Part shown: piece by piece, positions 1 to 10,844 of the stretch
Position numbering within the stretch: position 1 is the stretch's first letter
Layout of the letters: each line of letters opens with the position of its first letter
DNA from: Takakia lepidozioides
Taxonomy: Eukaryota; Plantae; Bryophyta
Assembly: GCA_030704615.1 (NCBI GenBank)
Contig: JAKLZA010000355.1
Coordinates: forward strand, 1-29,849
Reading direction: 5' to 3'
Length of the DNA stretch: 29,849 nt
The notes under the pieces: generated by a model
Databases searched by the model: none
What the model was told of the DNA's origin: nothing
The model's input: only the letters and a program-made list of their open reading frames with translations
Position numbers and translations under genes: made by a program

Positions 1-3000
1 TTTTTGTTCATTGCGAAAAAACAATCCTGCAATGCGTGCACGGCTATTGCACCCATTGAACGGATGTGGTTGAAGCCCTCTTTTACCCGCATGTGCTTGA
101 ACATGTGTGCGACACATGTGCGGAGACACAAGAGACGAATAAATCATTTGCGTCCCCATCGACACCAAGCCATTCGAGAATGTAATTGAATTTAAATTAA
201 TTTTAAGCCAATAAATAGGTTTGCACTGCCTTTCATCGGGGGTTTCTGGTATGTATCGATTTTGTTTTTGGCTCATTTTTGTTCTGCGGCTTCAAGCATC
301 CCACTCCTACTCCCCCGCCGAAATTTATACCAATCAAAAATGCCCCCAAAAAAAAGTGTTCTCTTCGCTCGCTATTGCAGAACTCTCCTATGAAAAGTGC
401 ATGAAGCAGAGCACAAATCATGTTTGGAGTGCAAAACGGGCAAGAAACTGTGGTTTTGGGTCCAAATGATTTTTGATCGCTCCCAAATTTGGCACGCACA
501 TTGCATATGGAGTCATCACATGCCCCATTTAAAAATGGAATGAAAAAAAAACATGAGCACGCGAAACGCAGTCCAACAAGTCCCAAGATAATAGCAGATC
601 CAACAGAATACATTCAATGGGTGAACGGATGGTTGCCCATCCAAATCATTTTTGTTTGCTTCCAAACTTTGCCAGTACGTTCGAAACACCCTCTCACAAG
701 TCCCGGACTAATATCACATCAATCGAAATTTGTTCGATGGCTCAACGCATGGTTGCCCATCCAAATGATTTCGGTTCGCTTTCAGACTTGGCCAGTATGT
801 TCAATGTACCATGGAAGAGGCCCTAGAGTAATATGTGATCAATCGAAATTCGCTCAATGGGCCAACGGATGGTTGCCCATCCAAATGATTTTCGTTCGAT
901 TTGAGACTTGGCCAGTGTGTTCAATGTACCCTCTGATAGGTCCCAATGTAATACAAGATCAATCGAAATTCGTTCAATGGGCCAATGAGGCATTCAATTG
1001 TCATCTGGTTTTTGTTCATTGCGAAAAAAGAAATCTTGCAATGCGTGCACGTCTATTGCACCCATTGAACGGATGTGGTTGAAGCCCCTCTTTTACCCGC
1101 ATGTGCTAGAACATGTGTGCGACACATGTGCGGAGACACAAGAGACGAATAAATCATTTGCCTCCCCATCGACACCAAGCCATTCCAGAATGTAATTGAA
1201 TTTAAATTAATTTTAAGCCAATAAATAGGTTTGCACTACCTTTCATCCGGGGTTTCTGGTATGTATCGATTTTGTTTTTGGCTCATTTTTGTTTTGCGGC
1301 TTCAAGCATCCCACTCCTACTCCCCCGCCGAAATTTGGACCAATAAAAAATGCCCCAAAAAAAAAGTGTTCTTTTCGCTCACTATTGCAGAACTCTCCTA
1401 TGAAAAGTGCATGAAGCAGAGCACAAATCATGTTTGGAGTGCAAAACGGGCAAGAAATTGTGGTTTTGGGTCCAAATGATTTTTGATCGCTCCCAAATTT
1501 GGCACGCACGTTGCATATGGAGTCATCACATGCCATATTCAAAAATGGAATAAAAAAAAAAACATGAGCACGCGAAACGCAGTCCAACAAGTCCCAAGAT
1601 AATAGCAGATCCAACACAATACATTCAATGGGTGAACGGATGGTTGCCCATCCAAATCATTTTTGTTTGCTTCCAAACTTTGCCAGTACGTTCGAAACAC
1701 CCTCTCACAAGTCCCGGACTAATATCACATCAATCGAAATTCATTCAATGGCTCAACGGATGGTTGCCCATCCAAATGATTTCGGTTCCCTTTCAGACTT
1801 GGCGAGTATGTTCAATGTACCATGGAAGAGGCCCTAGAGTAATATGTGATCAATCGAAATTCGCTCAATGGGCCAACGGATGGTTGCCCATCCAAATGAT
1901 TTTCGTTCGCTTTGAGACTTGGCCAGTGTGTTCAATGTACCCACTGATAGGTCCGAGTGTTATACAAGATCAATCGAAATTCGTTCAATGGGCCAATGAG
2001 GCGTTCAATTGTCATCTGGTTTTTGTTCATTGCGAAAAAACAATCCTGCAATGCGTGCACGGCTATTGCACCCATTGAACGGATGTGGTTGAAGCCCCTC
2101 TTTTACCCGCATGTGCTTGAACATGTGTGCGACACATGTGCGGAGACACAAGAGACGAATAAATCATTTGCCTCCCCATCGACACCAAGCCATTCCAGAA
2201 TGTAATTGAATTTAAATTAATTTTAAGCCAATAAATAGGTTTGCACTGCCTTTCATCCGGGGTTTCTGGTATGTATCGATTTTGTTTTTGGCTCATTTTG
2301 TTTTGCGGCTTCAAGCATCCCATTACTACTCCCCCGCCGAAATTTGGACCAATAAAAAATGCCCCCAAAAAAAAGTGTTCTTTTCGCTCACTATTGCAGA
2401 ACTCTCATATGAAAAGTGCATGAAGTAGAGCACAAATCAAGTTTGGAGTGCAAAACGGGCAAGAAATTGTGGTTTTGGGTCCAAATGATTTTTTATCGCT
2501 CCCAAATTTGGCACGCACGTTGCAAATGGAGTCGTCACACGCCCCATTAAAAAACGGAATGAAAAAAAAAATGAGCACGTGAAACGCAGTCCAACAAGTC
2601 CCAAGACAATAGCAGATCCAATTGAATACATTCAATGGGTGAACGGATGGTTGCCCATCCAAATCATTTTTGTTTGCTTCCAAACTTTGCCAGTACGTTC
2701 GAGACACCCTCTCACAAGTCCCGGACTAATATCAGATCAATCGAAATTCATTCGATGGCTCAACGCATGGTTGCCCATCCAAATGATTTTGGTTCGCTTT
2801 GAAACTTGGCTAGTATGTTCAATGTACCATGGAAGAGGCCCTAGAGTAATATGTGATCAATCGAAATTCGCTCAATGGGCCAACGGATGGTTGCCCATCC
2901 AAATGATTTTCGTTCGCTTTGAGACTTGGCCAGTGTGTTCAATGTACCCACTGATAGGTCCGAGTGTTATACAAGATCAATCGAAATTCGTTCGATGGGC

Positions 3001-6000
3001 CAATGAGGCGTTCAATTGTCATCTGGTTTTTGTTCATTGCGAAAAAACAATCCTGCAATGCGTGCACGGCTATTGCACCCATTGAACGGATGTGGTTGAA
3101 GCCCTCTTTTACCCGCATGTGCTTGAACATGTGTGCGACACATGTGCGGAGACACAAGAGACGAATAAATCATTTGCCTCCCCATCGACACCAAGCCATT
3201 CCAGAATGTAATTGAATTTAAATTAATTTTAAGCCAATAAATAGGTTTGCACTGCCTTTCATCGGGGGATTTTGGCACGAATCGATTTTGTTTTTGGCTC
3301 ATTTTTGTTTTGCGGCTTCAAGCATCCCACTGCTACTCCCCCGCCAAAATTTGGACCAATCAAAAATGCCCCAAAAAAAAGTGTTCTCTTCGCTCACTAT
3401 TGCAGAACTCTCCTATAAAAAGTGCATGAAGTGGAGCACAAATCAAGTTTGGAGTGCAAAACGGGCAAGAAAATTGTGATTTTGGGTCCAAATGATTTTT
3501 GACCGCTCCCAAATTTGGCATGCACGTTGCATATGGAGACATCACACGCCCCATTAAAAAACAGAATGAGAAAAAAAAAAACATGAGCACGTGAAATGCA
3601 GTCCAACAGGTCGTAAAGTAATAGCAGATCCAACATAATACATTCAATGGGTGAACGGATGGTTGTCCATCCAAATCATTTTTGTTCGCTTTGAGACTTG
3701 GCCAGTATGTTCAATGTACCATGGAAGAGGCCCCTGAGTAATATGAGATCAATCGAAATTCGTTCAATGGGCCAACAGATGGTTGCCCATCCAAATGATT
3801 TTCGTTCGCTTTGAGACTTGGCCAGTGTGTTCAATGTACCATGGAAGGGGCCCCTGAGTAATATGAGATCAATCGAAATTCGTTCAATGGGCCAACGGAT
3901 GGTTGCCCATCCAAATGATTTTCGTTCGCTTTGAGACTTGGCCAGTGTGTTCAATGTACCCTCTGATAGGTCCAGTGTAATACGAGATCAATCGAAATTT
4001 GTTCGATGGGCCAATGAGGCGTTCAGTTGTCATCTGGTTTTTGTTCATTGCGAAAAAGAAATCTTGCAATGCGTGCACGGCTATTGCACCCATTGAACGG
4101 ATGTGGTTGAAGCCCCTCTTTTGCCCGCATGTGCTTGAACATGTGTGCGACACATGTGCGAAGACACAAGAGACGAATAAATCATTTGCCTTCCCATCGA
4201 CACCAAGCCATTCGAGAATGTAATTGAATTTAAATTAATTTTAAGCCAATAAATAGGTTTGCACTACCTTTCATCGGGGGTTTCTGGCACTCATCGATTT
4301 TGTTTTTGGCTCAATTTTGTTCTGCGGCTTCAAGCATCCCACTGCTACTCCCCCGCCGAAATTTGGACCAATCAAAAATGCCCCCAAAAAAAAGTGTTCT
4401 TTTCGCTCACTATGCAGAACTCTCCTATGAAAAGTGCATGAAGTAGAGCACAAATCAAGTTTGGAGTGCAAAACGGGCAAGAAATTGTGGTTTTGGGTCC
4501 AAATGATTTTTGATCGCTCCCAAATTTGGCACGCACGTTGCATATGGAGTCATCACATGCCATATTAAAAAACGGAATGAAAAAAAAAACATGAGCACGG
4601 GAAACGCAGTCCAACAAGTCCCAAGATAATAGCAGATCCAACATAATACATTCAATGGGCGAACGGATGGTTGCCCATCCAAATCATTTTTGTTTGCTTC
4701 CAAACTTTGCTAGTACATTTGAGACACCCTTTCACAGGTCCCAGACTAATATCAGATCAATCGAAATTCATTCGATGGCTCAACGGATGGTTGCCCATCC
4801 AAATGATTTTGGTTCGCTTTGAGACTTGGCCAGTATGTTCAATGTACCATGGAAGAGGCCCTAGAGTAATATGAGATCAATCGAAATTCGCTCAATGGGC
4901 CAACGGATGGTTGCCTATCAAAATGATTTTCGTTCGCTTTGAGACTTGGCCAGTGTGTTCAATGTACCCTCTGATAGGTCCCAGTGTAATACAAGATCAA
5001 TCGAAACTCGTTCGATGGGCCAATGAGGTGTTCAATTGTCATCTGGTTTTTGTTCATTGCGAAAAAGAAATCCTGCAATGCGTGCACGGCTATTGCACCC
5101 ATTGAACGGATGTGGTTGAAGCCCTCTTTTGCCTGCATGTGCTTGAACATGTGTGCAACACATGTGCGAAGACACAAGAGACGAATAAATCATTTGCCTC
5201 CCCATCGACACCAAGCCATTCCAGAATGTAATTGAATTTAAATTAATTTTAAGCCAATAAATAGGTTTGCACTGCCTTTCATCCGGGGTTTCTGGCACGT
5301 ATCGATTTTGTTTTTGGCTCATTTTTGTTCTGCGGCTTCAAGCATCCCAGTCCTACTCCCCCGCCGAAATTTGGACCAATCAAAAATGCCCCAAAAAAAA
5401 AGTGTTCTCTTCGCTCACTATTGCAGAACTCTTCTATGAAAAGTGCATGAAGTAGAGCACAAATCAAGTTTGGAGTGCAAAACAGGCAAGAAATTGTGGT
5501 TTTGGGTCCAAATGATTTTTGACCGCTCCCAAATTTGGCATGCACGTTGCATATAGAGTCATCACACGCCCCATTAAAAAACGGAATGAAAAGAAAAAAA
5601 CATGAGCACGCGAAATGCAGTCCAAACAGGTCATAAAGTAATAGCAGATCCAACAGAATACATTCAATGGGTGAACGGATGGTTGCCCATCCAAATCGTT
5701 TTTTGTTTGCTTCCAAACTTTGCCAGTACGTTCAAGACACCCTCTCACAGGTCCCGGATTAATATCATATCAATCGAAATTCAGTCGATGGCTCAACGGA
5801 TGTTTGCCATCCAAATGATTTTGGTTCGCTTTGAGACTTGGCCAGTATGTTCAATGTACCATGGAAGAGGCCCTAGAGTAATATGAGATCAATCGAAATT
5901 CGTTCAATGGGCCAACGGATGGTTGCCCATCCAAATGATTTTCGTTCGCTTTGAGACTTGGCCAGTGTGTTCAATGTACCCTCTGATAGGTCCCAGTGTA

Positions 6001-6012
6001 ATATGAGATCAA
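1..6012 (+). repeat. Tandem satellite array, ~1,010-bp monomer, ~6 copies (open at the window's left edge)
   Basis: Anchor TTTTTGTTCATTGCGAAAAA recurs at ~1, 1009, 2020, 3027, 4038 and 5047. Copies are highly similar with scattered substitutions and homopolymer differences. The array stops at ~6012. Confidence 0.97.
616..985 (+). repeat. Three tandem 120-bp subrepeats (A, B, C) within the monomer (first monomer shown)
   Basis: GGTTGCCCATCCAAAT at 631, 751 and 871 (exact 120-bp period). A more diverged copy lies at ~450-610. The same pattern occurs in most monomers. Confidence 0.95.
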
Positions 6013-7170
6013 ACGTTAACGATTAATCATGAATCATCCAACAGGGGAACTGTTGGTTCTCCTTTGAACCATTTTACATTGACATCATACTTGTCCTGTA
6101 ACTTTAAGAGGACATGTACAAGACACTCGCAAAGTTTCAAATCAATCCAAAATCATTTGGCAGGGGAATGATTGGTTCACCCATAGCCAATTTCAGGGGC
6201 TGAAATTGGCATTTCTAGGGCTCGAATTGCCAATTTTAGGGGCTGGACTTGCAATTTGAGGGGCTGAAATTGCCATTTCTGGGGCTCGAATTGCCATTTT
6301 CAGGGGCTGGACTTGCAATTTGAGGGGCTGAAATTGCCATTTGAGGGGCTACACTAGCAATTGCCATTTCACAGGCTACAATTGCAATTTGAGGGGCGGG
6401 AATTGCCATTTCAGGGGCTAGAAGTGCAATTTGAGGGGTTGGAATTAAACTTCAGGGGCTTCATTGCAATTTGAGGGGTTGGAATTGACAATTTCAAGGC
6501 TCAAATTACAATTTGAGGGCGGCCGGGTTGGTCATTTAGGGATTGGCATTACCAATTTAAGGGCTTGAATTACATTTTGAATTGTAATTCAAGGGTTAGA
6601 ATGGGCCATTGGGGGCTAGAATTACCAAAGCAATGACATCCAAAGCAATATAAATCATTTGATAGCGGAATGATGGTTCACCCTTTCAACCATTTTTTAT
6701 TCACGTCATACTTGTCCGGTACTTGTAAGAGGGCATGTGGCTGACACTTGCAAAGCTTCAGAGCAATGTAAAATCATTTGATAGAGGAACATTGGTTCAC
6801 CTTTTCAACCATATTTTACTGACCTCATACTTGTCCGGTACCTTTAAAATGGCATGTGAAAGACACTTGCAAAGCTTTAAAGCACTCAAAAATCATTTGA
6901 TATGTTCATGATTGATTCACCCTTTCAACCATTTTAGATTGATTTGAAACTTGGTGAAAGACCTATAAGAGGGCATGTACAAGACACTTGCAAAGTTTCA
7001 AATCATTTAAAATCATTTGGTAGGGGGACGATTGGTTCACCCTTTAAACCATTTTAGATTGATGTCATACTTCTCAAGACGTGTAAGAGGGTATGTAGAA
7101 GACCACTTGCAAAGTTTCGGAACAATAAAATATCATTTCATTGGGGATTTTTTCCGTTCACCCTTTCATC
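6013..7170 (-). repeat. Diverged array of the 120-bp subrepeat, inverted relative to the young satellite
   Basis: AAATCATTTG...TGGTTCACCC units at ~6030, 6150, 6652, 6771, 6890, 7010 and 7131 with ~120-bp spacing. By eye they align to the reverse complement of the satellite subrepeat (AAAATCATTTGGATGGGCAACCATCCGTTCACCC...GCAAAGTTT). Confidence 0.8.
6183..6630. repeat. 20-21-bp minisatellite (approx. GGGGCTGAAATTGCCATTT[C/G]A), ~20 degenerate copies
   Basis: Repeated GGGGCT...AATTGC(C/A)ATTT units that degrade towards the right. The tract interrupts the old 120-bp array. Confidence 0.9.
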
Positions 7171-7189
7171 CAATTTTGAATTGAACTGG

Positions 7190-7470
7190 ATTTTTACTAA
7201 ATAAAATATTTAGAGGTTTAGAGGGCATAGGATTGTGGGGGCAAATGGTGTGGGGCGCAATGATTTTGTTTTTGGCTTGATTTTGTTCTGTGAGTTGAAC
7301 CCTCGCACCACCACGTCCTTGCCAAAAAATGTACCAAAGGAAATGTTTTTGAAAAAAAACGTTCATCCTTTGCTCTATGCTCACTATTGTAGAACTCTCT
7401 ATGAAGAGTGCATGAAGTTGAAGATAACTTCACCTTGGAGTGCAAATGAGGGAATAAAATGTGGTTTGGA
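7190..7470 (+). repeat. Diverged homologue of the satellite core (monomer positions ~200-460)
   Basis: Shares GATTTTGTTTTTGGCT..ATTTTGTTCTG, GCTCACTATTG(T/C)AGAACTCTC.TATGAA.AGTGCATGAAG and TTGGAGTGCAAA...TGTGGTTT with the monomer. Confidence 0.85.
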
Positions 7471-8029
7471 TGCAGACGATGTCTGTTCTGAGCAACGGAG
7501 ATTGCAAGCATTGGTGGCTACTTCTGCACTCCCATTGGATAGTGCATCCTCCCTGCCAACCGGACGGTTGAGGCAGTGAGTGGGGCGAACACATGATCGT
7601 GAGTTGCAAACACCCATGGCAGATGTGGGATGAGATGCGCAAGAGAGAGTCATTGGATCTCTCAAGCAGCAGTATGAGGAGTGGGGAGAGCCATGGACTG
7701 AGGATCAGTTGGAGGCCAAAGTGGCCAAGGTTTTTGAAGAGGTTGAGAATGTTTCTTGCTCAGAGGATGTTCTCAAGGTGGCTATGGCGGAGTAAGTGGA
7801 GGCTACGCCACAGTCAGATTGGGCGGACAAGGCCCAAGAGTTGCTATCTAGCAACCAAAGGATTCGTCTCCTACCTCCAAGCCTGGTGTACCCAAGGTTG
7901 CAGTCACTGAGGACAATTGGGAACCAGATGTTGGACCTATAGTCACCGAAGGAGAGAGACGGAGGATCCAACGATTTCTAAGGGCTTAGAAATTGCTTTG
8001 CCTTCAGTTTGAAGGATTTGGGGAGTTTG

Positions 8030-8960
8030 AAGGGTCAGGAGATTCGTATTGATTTGGCAAGTGACACGCCAATCTTCGAAGGCCCTACCGGTATAGTGAC
8101 ATGGAGAGGTCATTGATCCAGTCACGACTATGGAGTTGTACAAAGCTGGATTGGTGAGTTGTCAGGCGGGGAGTATGCCTCGGCAACGGTGATGCAGCTA
8201 AGAAGGATATCTATGGCAATTGGACAGAAAGAAGGATGTGTGGGGACTATCGTCATGTGAACCGTCAGACTAAGTCCGATAGATATGCCATGCCAACTCC
8301 AGAGGAGATCTTTGATGCCATTGGGCATGCAAAGGTGTTTAGCACATTGGACTTGCGATCCGGTTACCACCAGTTGCCAATCAAGAGGCTGACAAACAAA
8401 GACGGCATTCTGGGGGATTGACCAACATGGGAAGGATTGTTTGTACCAATGGCGGTTCTTACCGTTTGGGTTGAAGAATGCTCCTGCAGAGTTTCAGAGG
8501 GTCATGGATAGGATTCTCGCGGGGCTAGACTTCGTCCGATGCTATATTGATGACATCAACGTCTTTAGTGCTACGGTTGAGGAGCATGAGAGACATCTTC
8601 AGGTGGTGTTTGAGCGCTTGAGAGCGCACGGGTTTGAAACTACCCCCGGAAAGTGCAAGTTCTTCCACAATCAGATTGAGTATCTGGGCCACATGATATA
8701 CCCTGGAGGATTGGGTGTTCAACAGACAAAGGTGCAGGCCATTGCATGCATTCCACACCCCATAGATGTGAGCAGAGTTCGTGCTTTCATGGGATTGGCA
8801 AACTACTATCGACGGTTTGTCAAGGGATTTAGCAGTATTGCAAAGGCTCTTACCAAATTGACCAAGGTGGGTCAAGAGTGGCAGTGGGAGGAGGAGCAGG
8901 AGGAAGCCTTTGAGGAACTCAAGGCTCGATTGACTTCTGCACCTATTCTGAGGTGGCCTA
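8030..8960 (+). pseudogene. pol: Reverse transcriptase domain (frameshifted as sequenced)
   Basis: ORFs 8236-8421 and 8441-9124 carry the RT motifs. The YIDD codons are at ~8543-8554. A frameshift lies near 8385-8400. Confidence 0.93.
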
Positions 8961-9340
8961 TTCAGGGGCGGCCTTTCCAGCTACATACGGATTGGAGTAT
9001 GCTGGGGATTGGAGCAGTGCTCACACATGTGGATGATGAGGGAAGAGAGTTCGTAGTGGTATATGCTAGCCGCTCGAACATGATGCCGAGGCGAAGTATA
9101 GTTCCTATGAAGGGGAGTGTCTAGTTGCGGTATGGGCAGTGGCACATTTCAGATGCTACCTCTATGACAATCTCTTCACTTTTGTCACGGATCACCAACC
9201 ATTGAAGTGGTTGATGGAGTCAGACAAGCTTACAGGGAAGCTTGCACGATGGGCACTTATGCTTCAAGAATAACGACTTCTAGGTGGTGCATCGAGCCGG
9301 TATTGACAATCGGGATGTAGATGGATTGAGTCGTAATCCA
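8961..9340 (+). pseudogene. pol: Ty3/Gypsy RNase H domain (frameshifted)
   Basis: FQLHTDWSMLGIGAVL...YASRS, then YSSYEGECL..VWAVAHFRCYLY...FVTDHQPLKWL...GKLARWALMLQE, and ..N..VDGLSR in shifted frames. Confidence 0.9.
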
Positions 9341-9599
9341 TGCACGAGCGAGCATGATGATACTGGAGCTCGGTGGCATGGTGAGACGGATGAGGAGATG
9401 GTGCCAGGATGACATGCATCGGCCTTTTTGTGCATTCTAGCAATGAGAGCTCAAGCTAGTTCACATCCCATGCGATTGGTCATGTAGATAGCGTGCATGA
9501 CGATCCAGAGACTAGTGAGAGTTTGGTGGTGCTAAGGATGTGCATGAAGATGCAGGCAGTGTTGGCATACCTTCATACCGATAGACAACAGCCAGTGTG

Positions 9600-10025
9600 A
9601 CTGCTAAGGAGAGGGATCGGGTCCTACAACGAGCCAAGAGGTTTAAGTGGGAGGGGACTCATCTACTCAGGGTATGGGAGGATGGACGAGTGAGGATTGT
9701 GCCTCATCCAACACAACGAGCGCGATTGGTACGCCATGCCCATGAGGAGTTGGACATTTTGGGGTGCGGCGCACTCATAGTTTGCTGCAAGGCAGTATTG
9801 GTGGCGGGGCATGCACACAAATGTGCAACAGTTAGTGGCAAGGTGCACGGTGTGTGATAGAGTGCGGACTTCTTTCAACGCCCCTACTCCACAATTGCAT
9901 CCTTTACCCATTATGGTTTGGGCTATCGTTGGAGTCTTGACTTCGCAGGCCCATTGTCACTGACGATTCACCATAACAAGTATGTGCTGGAGATGGTGGG
10001 AACATTTCTCCAAATGGATTCAACT
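9600..10025 (+). pseudogene. pol: Integrase zinc-binding region and start of the core, cut off by an LTR-like sequence
   Basis: HAHEELGHFG...YWW..M..VQQLVARCTVCDR, then LHPLPI..GYRWSLDFAGPL...KYVL..V.HFSKWI. The sequence switches to TGTCATGCGC at 10026. Confidence 0.88.
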
Positions 10026-10554
10026 TGTCATGCGCATACAATCGCTACACAACTACATCGCTGTCCAAATCACCACAACACATGTGCACACCAAACACTA
10101 GTCTATCACTAGTGCACCACTGGGCTGCCACTAGCCCCACTAGTGCAGCCACTAGTCCAACCACTAGTCCTGCCACTAGCCACCATTAGTGCAGCCACTA
10201 GTCCACCACCAGTATGCCACTAGCCACCACTAGTGCAGCCATTAGTCCATCACAATGATAAGGGAAGGAATAGTACAAGCACACAAGCTCTCTCAAACTC
10301 ACATACTTGCATATGAAAACATCACTCATATATTAAGTCGAGCCAAGTGCACCCCACAACTACGGCGGCATAGCTAGACGCGGTGAGGCTCAACTCGAGA
10401 AAGATGACCCACCGCGATCTGCCGTGAAGATAACCACGCCAGGTGCCCAAACATTTATGTGGTCCCTGGATTGACACTCGGGTCAATCCAAATGTCAATA
10501 TATAAAAGCTAGCTATTTCCTAGCTACTTCACACTAGTTGTAAATAACTTGACA
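10026..10554. mobile_element. LTR-like unit (529 bp), 5'-TGTCA...TGACA-3'
   Basis: Canonical TG...CA ends with a 5-bp terminal inverted repeat. It is repeated directly from 10557. TATA-like tracts occur on both strands (~10327 and ~10499), so orientation is uncertain. Confidence 0.7.
10097..10250. repeat. ACTAGT-rich short tandem repeat inside the LTR-like unit (second, longer tract at ~10627-10840)
   Basis: Units such as CCACTAGTGCAG, CCACTAGTCCA and CCACTAGCCA, ~10-13 bp each. Confidence 0.9.
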
Positions 10555-10556
10555 GC

Positions 10557-10840
10557 TGTCATGCGCATACATATCGCTACACACTACATCGCTGTCCAAA
10601 ATCACACAACACATGTGCACACAAACACTAGTCTATATATAGTGCACCACTAGGTTGCCATAGACAACCACTAGTCACCACTAGTGCAGCCACTAGTCCG
10701 TCACTAGGCTGGCCACTAGTCCACCACTAGTGCAGCCACTAGTCCAACCACTAGTCTGCCACTAGCCACCATTAGTGCAGCCACTATTCCACCACTAGTC
10801 CGGCCACTAGCCGCCAGTAGTGCAGCCACTAGTCTCACTA
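10557..10840. mobile_element. Second, partial copy of the LTR-like unit, ending at the fold-back point
   Basis: TGTCATGCGCATAC...CGCTACAC..CTACATCGCTGTCCAAA...ACATGTGCACAC.AAACACTAGTC matches 10026 onward. Confidence 0.8.
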
Positions 10841-10844
10841 AGGC

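Larger units (their letters stand above)
7471..10025 (+). mobile_element. Ty3/Gypsy LTR-retrotransposon internal pol fragment (RT-RNase H-integrase), degenerate, no gag or 5' LTR visible
   Basis: Domain order RT-RH-INT. Motifs across frames: MCGDYRHVNRQTKSDRYAMP, FSTLDLRSGYHQ, LPFGLKNAPAEFQRVMD, YIDD, VRAFMGLANYYRRFV, TDWS, VTDHQPLKWL, integrase H..H..C..C, and RWSLDFAGPL. Confidence 0.96.

Noticed and set aside
616-985. CRISPR-like alternation of a hairpin-containing repeat and variable segments
   Set aside because: The intervening segments are homologous to each other and recur in each monomer, the period is 120 bp, there are no cas genes, and the context is eukaryotic.
489-1082. ORFs with 40-aa repeats (QWANGWLPIQMIFVRFETWPVCSMY...) in many monomers
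   Set aside because: They follow from the 120-bp period being divisible by 3. Starts, stops and frames vary between monomers, and similar ORFs occur in several frames on both strands.
1-6012. 5S rDNA, tRNA or snRNA tandem array suggested by the 120-bp unit
   Set aside because: I see no 5S rRNA, tRNA or snRNA sequence or Pol III box motifs.
10097-10840. CCACTAG repeats as telomeric repeats at a chromosome-end fusion
   Set aside because: The units are irregular, do not match TTTAGGG/TTAGGG-type repeats, and lie inside an LTR-like unit.
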